DNA of 33,265 nt from a virus (lineage: Duplodnaviria; Caudoviricetes): positions 1-33,265 of the IMG/VR virus record IMGVR_UViG_3300016265_000511. One strand, written 5' to 3'. Shown one piece after another: positions 26,485-33,265 of the stretch. Made by a program: the position numbers and the translations under genes. The notes below the pieces were generated by a model. That model did no database searches. It saw only the letters and a list, made by a program, of their open reading frames with translations, and was not told where the DNA came from. The first letter of the stretch is position 1; each line of letters opens with the position of its first letter.

Positions 26485-27057
26485 ATGGCAGGAGTAGCCA
26501 ATCGGGTGCTTGCTGGTGGTAATGCCGTCGGTTTCTGGACTGTTGACGACACCGTCGCAACGCCAACCGTGGGCACGACCTACGCTTACAAGCTCACAGG
26601 TAACATCATCACGACATCTGTCGAGCGTCAGGACACTGGTGCTTACAACGTCACCATCGAGCACGTCGAGGATAACGCGGCGCTGCAGACTTTTATCTCA
26701 TCTTCGGTCAACGTATCGGGAGCAACTGAAGAGCTGCTTTTCGAGGACGGTACGACCGAGGGCGCATCGGGTGCAAACACAAAGTATATCCTTGCAGTCA
26801 AGGGTGGTCTTGTTGGTGGCGGTGCTAAGGGCACCGTAGCTACAAAGTGCGGAGTGTTTCCAGTGCGCATGATGTCCACATCGGGCGGATATACGCAAGC
26901 TGGCGAGACGTATAACCGCGTTACGCTTGAGTTTGAAGGCTTTAAGCTTGAAAAGCCCGTCACTCTGGCAGCGACGTACTTCAACGAGTTCATGACGACA
27001 GCAACACCAGTGACTTTGACCGCTTCCGTCCCTTACGGAACGGTAGTCTTCAGCTAA
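26485..27057 (+). CDS. Major tail tube protein
   Basis: 190 aa, Thr/Gly-rich, before chaperones and tape measure, followed by hairpins. Confidence 0.7.
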   Translation: MAGVANRVLAGGNAVGFWTVDDTVATPTVGTTYAYKLTGNIITTSVERQDTGAYNVTIEHVEDNAALQTFISSSVNVSGATEELLFEDGTTEGASGANTKYILAVKGGLVGGGAKGTVATKCGVFPVRMMSTSGGYTQAGETYNRVTLEFEGFKLEKPVTLAATYFNEFMTTATPVTLTASVPYGTVVFS

Positions 27058-27058
27058 T

Positions 27059-27128
27059 CACGGTGGCTCCGTGCGGGTGGGGGCTTGCTGTCCAAGTCGG
27101 CAACCCCTGCCCGAAACGGGGCTTTATT
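27059..27128 (+). terminator. Hairpins after the tail tube gene
   Basis: CACGG/CCGTG stem; long stem CGGGTGGGGG-c-TTGCTG / CGGCAA-CCCCTGCCCG; then TTTATT. Confidence 0.6.
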
Positions 27129-27165
27129 AAAGAAAACCGCAAAATCTTTACATAACGGAGCCAAC

Positions 27166-27702
27166 ATGAAAACAATTAATCTCAACTTTGCCACTGGCAC
27201 GAAGGCCGTGCCCATCAAGTCGGTCGTCAGTCGCAAGCTCATCAAGGCCGTCGAGGCCCCAATCGGGGTGCTTCGGACGCTAGGCCAGAACCAAGCCTTT
27301 CAGGACGCCATGCGTCGCAGTCCGAACGCGGCCAAGATCATCACCCTCACGGGCGGTGCGAATACCGAACATTCGGCACGTATTGCCGCAGGCATCAAAG
27401 CCGAAATCCCGAACATCACCGATGGCGATCTGCAGGCAATGGTGAGCCAGCGCATCCAGGCCGAACTGCTTGAGTCGTTCCCTGAGATTTGGGAGGCACT
27501 AAATAACCCGATCACGACCTTCCCATACGATAACGACGAAGCCGTGAGCGCCTGCTTTGATCTTCTGCGGATCATCATTGACGATAGCCAGCTGACATCA
27601 GACGAGAAGGCCGTGCTGGCCACGGCCGAATTCTGGGACGAGCAAGACCTTACGGAGGTGACCGCAACGGTCGCATCATTTCGAGAAAGCGCTAAACTCT
27701 GA
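27166..27702 (+). CDS. Tail assembly chaperone (lambda G-like)
   Basis: Position; GGAG SD favours ATG 27166. Confidence 0.7.
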   Translation: MKTINLNFATGTKAVPIKSVVSRKLIKAVEAPIGVLRTLGQNQAFQDAMRRSPNAAKIITLTGGANTEHSARIAAGIKAEIPNITDGDLQAMVSQRIQAELLESFPEIWEALNNPITTFPYDNDEAVSACFDLLRIIIDDSQLTSDEKAVLATAEFWDEQDLTEVTATVASFRESAKL

Positions 27703-27703
27703 G

Positions 27704-28009
27704 ATGACGCGAGTGAAACGAGCGTATGACTACTACCCCGTCCTGACCAAAGAGCCGGTCGATGACGAGGGCAAGCCATACCCTAAACGCATAACGGGGT
27801 ATGACGTCATGCCAATCGACGAGCACGATACCCTGACGGGTTTGGAGATCGCCAAAGCATGGATGATTACACCCGATGAGGTAGTAAATTCATTGCCAGC
27901 GAGCGAGTATCTTCGACGCCTTGCCATAGTCAAGGCCAGCACATGGAGCCAGCCGACCTCAGCACAAGCTGCGGAGACACGAAACCAACGTAGAATGAGG
28001 AGAAGGTAG
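27704..28009 (+). CDS. Tail assembly chaperone extension (lambda T-like), probably made by frameshift
   Basis: Between chaperone and tape measure; +1 frame; no evident SD. Confidence 0.6.
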   Translation: MTRVKRAYDYYPVLTKEPVDDEGKPYPKRITGYDVMPIDEHDTLTGLEIAKAWMITPDEVVNSLPASEYLRRLAIVKASTWSQPTSAQAAETRNQRRMRRR

Positions 28010-31000
28010 TGGCAACATTTACCAATGAGCTGAAACTTGACGTAGGGCCAATGCTCGACAGCCTCAACAAGGCCGTCGACAAAGCCAAGGCCGCAGGCGA
28101 TAAGATAGGCGAAGGACTTGCCGGTGGCATTAAAGCAGGCAGCGACGAAGCACGGCTGCTTGGCGCAGCCTTCGACGGTGCGAGCAACAAGAGCAAAGCC
28201 TCCGTAGAATCGCTAAAGAAGTCCATCGCCACACTGATCGTGAGCGGTCAGGGTAGCGGTGACGTTTTTGATGCGATGGTTGCCGACCTGAAGAATGCAG
28301 ACGCCGAAGCAAAGAAACTACAGAAGGCGCTCAAAGAAGTCGATGCGCTGACTATTGAGCCGGAGATCAAGGTCGATGCAGGTGCTGCGCAGGCTGAAGT
28401 AAAGAGCTTTGGAGCTCAGCTTAAGGAAGGCATATCAGGAGCTAACCTCGGAGCTGCCATCTCTGGTGGCCTCATCGGTGGCGGCGCAGTTGGTGCTGTG
28501 CAAGCTGGCTTTGAAATCATCAAGCAAGGCTTTGACGCAGTCATCACCAAAGGCGCAGAGTTCCAGCAGAACCTTGCCGGACTCTCTGCCGTTACTGGCG
28601 TCTCTGGTGCTGATCTAGACAAGTTCGGCGAACGTGCCAAGGCGCTCGCGGCGCAGTTCGGTGGTGATGCGTCGACGCAGGTGCAATCTTTCCAGACCAT
28701 CCTGTCCAAGTTTGGCCCTGATCTTGCGAAGACACCAGAGGCGCTGGGCGCTGTGTCTGAGAACGTCAACCTGCTCGCTAAGGCCGCTGGACTCGATGCC
28801 AAAGGAGCCGTCGATGCACTGTCAAACTCCATGCTGCAGTTCGGCGTTGATGCGAGCGATCCTGCACGGCTGGCTGCCGAGTCTGGACGGTTCATCAACG
28901 TCCTTGCCGCATCTGCCAAGGTCGGTGCTGCCGAAATTCCGCAGGTTGCTGAGGCTGTATTGCAGGCTGGTGTCGCTGCTAAGGGTGCGAACATCAGCTT
29001 CGAAGAAACCAATGCCGCTATTCAGGCGCTCGCAGTTGGTGGTAAGGTTGGCTCCGAGGCAGGTATCGGTCTGCGTAATGTTATCGGCAATCTCATCAAG
29101 ACCTCGGGCCCTGGTGAGGAAGCCCTTGCTGGCGTGGGATTGTCTATTGCTGACCTCGGCAAGACACTCACCGAAAAAGGCCTGAGCGCCGCCCTGACTC
29201 AACTGCAGGGTGGCATCGACAAGCTTGGTAGTGATGCTGAAAAGGCCGCGTTTAAGGCCACACTCTTCGGTACTGAGAACGCCTCAGCCGCTGGCATCCT
29301 CCTGCAAAATGCCGCTACGATCAAGGACTGGACAGGCCAGATGACGGGAACGTCAGAGGCTATCGATCAGGCCCGCATCAACATGGCGACATTCACGGAG
29401 TTCCTGAGCAGGGCGCAGGCAACCATCGGCAATGTGGGAATCACCATCTTCCAGACGTTCCAAGATGCCTTTGCCATTATTGCCGATGCTGTGAGTGGGC
29501 CGGTAGGTGATGCGTTTAACACCATCAGTGAATACTTCCAGAATATGTGGACTATTGCCAAGCCTATTCTTGCCGCCTTGGGTGGCATCCTGCTTGGTAA
29601 TATCGTCGTAGCTATTGATCTTGTTGCTGCTGCTTTCAAGACCGTCTACGGTGTTGTGAGCTCTGTCTTTGAAGGTATCATTCGAGCCGTTCAGCCCCTG
29701 ATCAACGCCATCAAATCTGCCTTCGGGATGGACGGCGAAATGGGCAAGGGTATCGACGTGATAGGCGTATTCTCCGATGCTCTGAAAGTCGTCGGCGAGG
29801 TCATCAGCATAGCCAGTGAAATCATTATGGGCATCGGTAAAGTCATTGCCGAGTTCCTCACGATCCCCCTGCAGGCCGTGGCGTTCATCATCGGTGGTGT
29901 CATCACGAAAATCAAGGAGTGGCTGGGCGTCAGTCAGGATAACAATAAAGAACAGGAGAAGGGCAAAGGCATTCTTGAGACTTTGCGCGAAGCACTGGTC
30001 AATATTCGAGGAACAATCGGTGGCGTCGTCGAATCATTCCGAGCCATCAAGGATGCCGTTGGTGAGTTCTTCGCACAGCTAGCGAACCTCAATGTAGCTG
30101 AAGCCATTAAGGCTTTCACGACCCTTGGCGATAAGGTAGGCGAAGCATACAACAAGGGCTTCAATGAAGCCACTGGAAAGAACGCAGAGCAAGTAAAGAA
30201 GACCGCACAAGGTCAGGCCGATGGCATTGCCAATATCTTCGAAGCACTCAAAAAACAAATCGGCTCGGCGGCCGAATCTGCCGCAACGCAGACGCAGGCG
30301 CAGGTGGCGAAGCAAAAGAAAACACTGCGAGATGCCGTCGCTGATGCTGCTAAGGAAAACAAGGTTACCGAAGCGCAGGCAAAGGAACTCAATAAGCTTA
30401 TCGCTGCACTCAAGGGCAAAGCCGGTGAACCAGGCAAGGACACAGCCAAGGATGCAAAGTCAGCATTCGAGCAAGCGCAGATAGCACTGAAGGAGCTCGC
30501 ACAAGAACAGAAGGAAGACTTAGCCGACCTCGAAATTCAGCTCAAGGAACTTGGCGCAACACCTGCAGAGATCAAAACAAAACTGGCTTTGTTGGAGCGC
30601 GGTCAATTAGAACAATATAGACGGGCTGCAACAGCTTTGCTTGGTATTGAGTTCAAAGACGGCGTGCCAGTAAACTCCACGCTGAAGCTAGCAAAGGACG
30701 AATCCGTACCACAAATAATCGAGGAGTTCACCGACATCGACCGCGAACTTCGCAAGCGTGGCCTTGCACTTCGCGTGCCGATCGAGCCGGAGAAGAAGCA
30801 GTCCCTAATTAAGCTGAATAAAGTCCTTGCGACACTTGGCTTCGGCCCTGACTTTTTGGGACTTACAGTTCCGATTCAATTTGACATAAAGAAGTCACTC
30901 AACAAAACACTTTTTACTACCGTTGATGCCGTCAAGAGCATTGATTGGAAAACCGTCTTCGGTACTCCTGCCAAGGCCAGCGAAGAGGCCGTGGCCACTA

Positions 31001-31818
31001 TTACGGGCTCCATCACCGAAGGTGTGCTCGGTTATCAGGATGGCATCGACCAGCTCCAAGCAAGCCTTGCCGAGCAGCCTGGCTTCTTTGAGAACGTGCT
31101 CACTCAGCTAAATGCCTCCTTTGCACAGGCTACACAGGCAAGCATTGGATCACTGGCAAAGCTTGCCGACAATTACAAGGCAGGCAGTGAGCTCACTGGT
31201 GAGTTTTACAACGTGCTCGCACAGACGACAGGTCTGGCCTTCGCACAAATCCTCACGTCGCAGGAAGATTTCGGCAAGCAGTTCCTGCTCACGGCTCTGG
31301 ACGTGCTGAATGCGCTCGTGCCTATCCTCGTCGCACAGATCACTGGTATCAATTTGGCATCGCCTGCCAACCTTGCCGCACCGGGCTCGGGACTTATCCT
31401 CGCCGCGGCGCTCACAGCAGCGCTCTACGGCCTCGTAGGAGCCGCCAAGGCCGCCGTCTCTGGCTTCGCTGAGGGTGGCTACACTGGTGACGGTGGTAAG
31501 TACACACCAGCAGGTGTCGTTCACCGTGGCGAGTTTGTGATCAACAAAGAAAACACCCGCAAGTATCGGGGCATTCTCGAGCAGATGAACGACGGCAAGT
31601 TCCCACTGGCTCTGGCGGGTGTGCCAGTGCAGAGCAACGACGGGCTTATCACAGAAATGGGCGCGATGCGGAGCGAGCTCGCGATGATCCGCAAGCGCCT
31701 CGACTCCATGCCGAACGGTATCGAAGGCCGCACGGCCGTGGCGCTCGACGTAGGCTTCGACCAATACCTCTACTCACGCAATATGCACCGCACTGCGGTG
31801 CGCAATCTACGGGGCTAA
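28009..31818 (+). CDS. Tail tape measure protein (TP901-like core)
   Basis: 1269 aa, Ala/Gly-rich; GSEAGIGLRN, LFGTE; C-terminal GFAEGGYTG..GKY.PAGVVHRGEFV. Confidence 0.92.
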   Translation: MATFTNELKLDVGPMLDSLNKAVDKAKAAGDKIGEGLAGGIKAGSDEARLLGAAFDGASNKSKASVESLKKSIATLIVSGQGSGDVFDAMVADLKNADAEAKKLQKALKEVDALTIEPEIKVDAGAAQAEVKSFGAQLKEGISGANLGAAISGGLIGGGAVGAVQAGFEIIKQGFDAVITKGAEFQQNLAGLSAVTGVSGADLDKFGERAKALAAQFGGDASTQVQSFQTILSKFGPDLAKTPEALGAVSENVNLLAKAAGLDAKGAVDALSNSMLQFGVDASDPARLAAESGRFINVLAASAKVGAAEIPQVAEAVLQAGVAAKGANISFEETNAAIQALAVGGKVGSEAGIGLRNVIGNLIKTSGPGEEALAGVGLSIADLGKTLTEKGLSAALTQLQGGIDKLGSDAEKAAFKATLFGTENASAAGILLQNAATIKDWTGQMTGTSEAIDQARINMATFTEFLSRAQATIGNVGITIFQTFQDAFAIIADAVSGPVGDAFNTISEYFQNMWTIAKPILAALGGILLGNIVVAIDLVAAAFKTVYGVVSSVFEGIIRAVQPLINAIKSAFGMDGEMGKGIDVIGVFSDALKVVGEVISIASEIIMGIGKVIAEFLTIPLQAVAFIIGGVITKIKEWLGVSQDNNKEQEKGKGILETLREALVNIRGTIGGVVESFRAIKDAVGEFFAQLANLNVAEAIKAFTTLGDKVGEAYNKGFNEATGKNAEQVKKTAQGQADGIANIFEALKKQIGSAAESAATQTQAQVAKQKKTLRDAVADAAKENKVTEAQAKELNKLIAALKGKAGEPGKDTAKDAKSAFEQAQIALKELAQEQKEDLADLEIQLKELGATPAEIKTKLALLERGQLEQYRRAATALLGIEFKDGVPVNSTLKLAKDESVPQIIEEFTDIDRELRKRGLALRVPIEPEKKQSLIKLNKVLATLGFGPDFLGLTVPIQFDIKKSLNKTLFTTVDAVKSIDWKTVFGTPAKASEEAVATITGSITEGVLGYQDGIDQLQASLAEQPGFFENVLTQLNASFAQATQASIGSLAKLADNYKAGSELTGEFYNVLAQTTGLAFAQILTSQEDFGKQFLLTALDVLNALVPILVAQITGINLASPANLAAPGSGLILAAALTAALYGLVGAAKAAVSGFAEGGYTGDGGKYTPAGVVHRGEFVINKENTRKYRGILEQMNDGKFPLALAGVPVQSNDGLITEMGAMRSELAMIRKRLDSMPNGIEGRTAVALDVGFDQYLYSRNMHRTAVRNLRG

Positions 31819-31819
31819 C

Positions 31820-32284
31820 ATGGCAGGAAACGCTAACTGGCAGCTGTATCTCTACGCAGGTAATCAGGACGTGCAGAGCACGGCCTACGATACCGCGTTC
31901 ATAACGGCAATCGCTACGCCGACGGTGGCGACCATCGCCATACTGGCCCCCAATGAGGACGCTGAGTTCTCGTTTTTCAAACTGGAAGATGTCGGTGGTG
32001 GGGTGGCCTCTACGCCTCGCAGGCGCACGAAGTGGACGGTGGAGAGCTATCCATTTTACTACAAGGCCACAGCCGGACAGGACAGCCTGACCGACCTGCT
32101 GACGATTGCCGACAACCTCAGCGGAAAGAAATACCTCTGGGCCCGCATTGCCGCTGGCGAACGTGTGACACCCGCCGCTGGCCTTGTGCATCCTGTCTAC
32201 ATCGAGGAGTGGTCTACGCAGATGAACAAGGAAACCGGCACACGGACTCTGAACGTCACACTCAAGCATAGGTTTAACTACTGA
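31820..32284 (+). CDS. Distal tail protein-like
   Basis: 154 aa immediately after the tape measure. Confidence 0.55.
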   Translation: MAGNANWQLYLYAGNQDVQSTAYDTAFITAIATPTVATIAILAPNEDAEFSFFKLEDVGGGVASTPRRRTKWTVESYPFYYKATAGQDSLTDLLTIADNLSGKKYLWARIAAGERVTPAAGLVHPVYIEEWSTQMNKETGTRTLNVTLKHRFNY

Positions 32285-33265
32285 TGCCAAGTTACCAACA
32301 ATATCGAATCTCACGCACGCTCCCGAACGGCTGGAAGATTCTTCTGGACTTCGTGCCCTACGACGTGGCGCTTGGGGCTACGCTCAACAACCCCATCGCA
32401 GAGATGGATGAGGTTGTGCTTCTGGAGCTTGGCGAGCAAACGGCAGAGTTCGACGCTGTGCCCTACGGGCTGTGCAAGCCCCAGACACTCAAATTCAAAC
32501 TAGCATGGTCAAGACTACCCTCAGTCGTACAAAACGCGCTGGAGACGGGTTATGACGGCAACAGGACTAATCTATGGCTACTCTACTCCGATCGCGGCAC
32601 AGGATCGACCTACACGCTCGAGTTCGCAGGCTGTGAAGACAACATCGAGAGCTTAGAACTTGAGCCCCTCGACGGTGGTGACTATGCCTACAACGTCGAG
32701 CTGGTGGACATCTGTTATCATGCGATGAAAACAACGACGGGTTTTGACGTGTTGTCTGGCAAGCAGGGCGCAGAAACCATCCCAAACAATACGCCCTGGC
32801 AGTTTTTTCTGGCTAAGCCGAAAGGCAGAAATCAGAAGCATATTGCATACGGGCCGGTGCGGATCGACAACACTCGAGATGCACTGGTCAAGGTGCTGGA
32901 TGGTCTGGGTGGTAAGATCGTGGACAATTTCAGCCATGAAGGTGTCTCGATTCTGAACCAATACCAAAGCATTGCAGACTCGACGTCGACGCTGCGGGAC
33001 ATCTTCGTGGCTGCCATGGAGCTCTACGGCTGCAGCACCAACAACGATGATACTCCACCACGTCGCACGCGTGTCACGCCGAACTATGCGCAGGAAGTCG
33101 GCACAGGCACGGACACCGACAGGCCACTGCTGGCCACGGAAATATGGCTCACCACTAACGTGGGGATCGGCAGTGCAGAGAATACGGGAGGCCTGTACTC
33201 GGCATCGGACAACTACGCATGGGGTCGCAAAGACGTGGCAGTCTGCGAGACCTTGGGCGTGAAGG
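32284..33265 (+). CDS. N-terminal part of tail tip/hub protein (MPSYQQYRISRTLPNGW...), not in ORF track
   Basis: TGATG overlap; no in-frame stop to the end of the window; joins 9..863. Confidence 0.75.
   Translation, partial: MPSYQQYRISRTLPNGWKILLDFVPYDVALGATLNNPIAEMDEVVLLELGEQTAEFDAVPYGLCKPQTLKFKLAWSRLPSVVQNALETGYDGNRTNLWLLYSDRGTGSTYTLEFAGCEDNIESLELEPLDGGDYAYNVELVDICYHAMKTTTGFDVLSGKQGAETIPNNTPWQFFLAKPKGRNQKHIAYGPVRIDNTRDALVKVLDGLGGKIVDNFSHEGVSILNQYQSIADSTSTLRDIFVAAMELYGCSTNNDDTPPRRTRVTPNYAQEVGTGTDTDRPLLATEIWLTTNVGIGSAENTGGLYSASDNYAWGRKDVAVCETLGVK
33245..33265. repeat. Terminal direct repeat, right copy
   Basis: Identical to 1-21. Confidence 0.95.

Larger units (their letters stand above)
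1..33265 (+). mobile_element. Complete circular tailed dsDNA phage genome (siphovirus-like, HK97-type head), probably lytic
   Basis: Terminase, portal, prohead protease, MCP, tail tube, chaperones and tape measure in phage order; ends overlap by 21 bp with an ORF continuous across the join; no host housekeeping genes. Confidence 0.95.

Noticed and set aside
27085-27165. TTG start at 27085 for the chaperone
   Set aside because: It lies within the hairpin; ATG 27166 has a GGAG SD
30540-30960. AT-richer patch with TTGACA inside the tape measure gene as an internal promoter
   Set aside because: No matching -10 at proper spacing; local divergence is common in tape measure genes
388-33017. The many minus-strand and alternative-frame ORFs in the track (e.g. 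3063..3746, 13483..14166, 28416..29012, 31649..32314)
   Set aside because: They shadow well-supported + strand genes, show no recognisable motifs and are expected from GC-rich codon bias
33245-33265. 21-bp terminal repeat as a biological DTR or att site
   Set aside because: It falls mid-gene, its length matches a common assembler k-mer, and no integrase is present; best read as assembly overlap
1-33265. Stop-codon reassignment
   Set aside because: Standard code gives dense, full-length genes, with TAA, TGA and TAG all ending genes at overlaps or short gaps

Overview
The window looks like a complete, circularly assembled genome of a tailed dsDNA phage (siphovirus-type, HK97-like head). Bases 1-21 are identical to 33245-33265, and the ORF starting at 32284 runs in frame across that junction into 9..863, so the unique length is 33,244 bp. 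All credible genes are on the + strand. An early/replication block starts behind a sigma70-like promoter at ~2660: small genes, a GT-A glycosyltransferase, a Cas4-like exonuclease, an AT-richer insert, an SSB-like protein, RHH regulators, a primase-VirE/VapE helicase followed by an iteron-like repeat field, VRR-NUC and a DnaA-C-like HTH. Packaging and head genes follow (TerS, TerL, portal, protease, MCP, decoration/fibre genes), then a lysis cassette, head-tail connector genes and the tail module. I recognised no integrase, CI-type repressor, DNA polymerase, tRNA or CRISPR array. The most unusual features are: (1) an 895-aa portal fused to an orphan domain, a T4-PNK-type HAD phosphatase and a MuF-like domain, with a long hairpin at the portal boundary; (2) a GmaR/SunS-like protein glycosyltransferase directly upstream of the tail tube gene, plus a second early GT, suggesting virion glycosylation; (3) a candidate +1 (UUU_CGA) rather than -1 frameshift in the tail chaperone; (4) repeated non-coding leader, operator and origin motifs. 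All protein calls come from motifs recognised by eye; no database searches were run.
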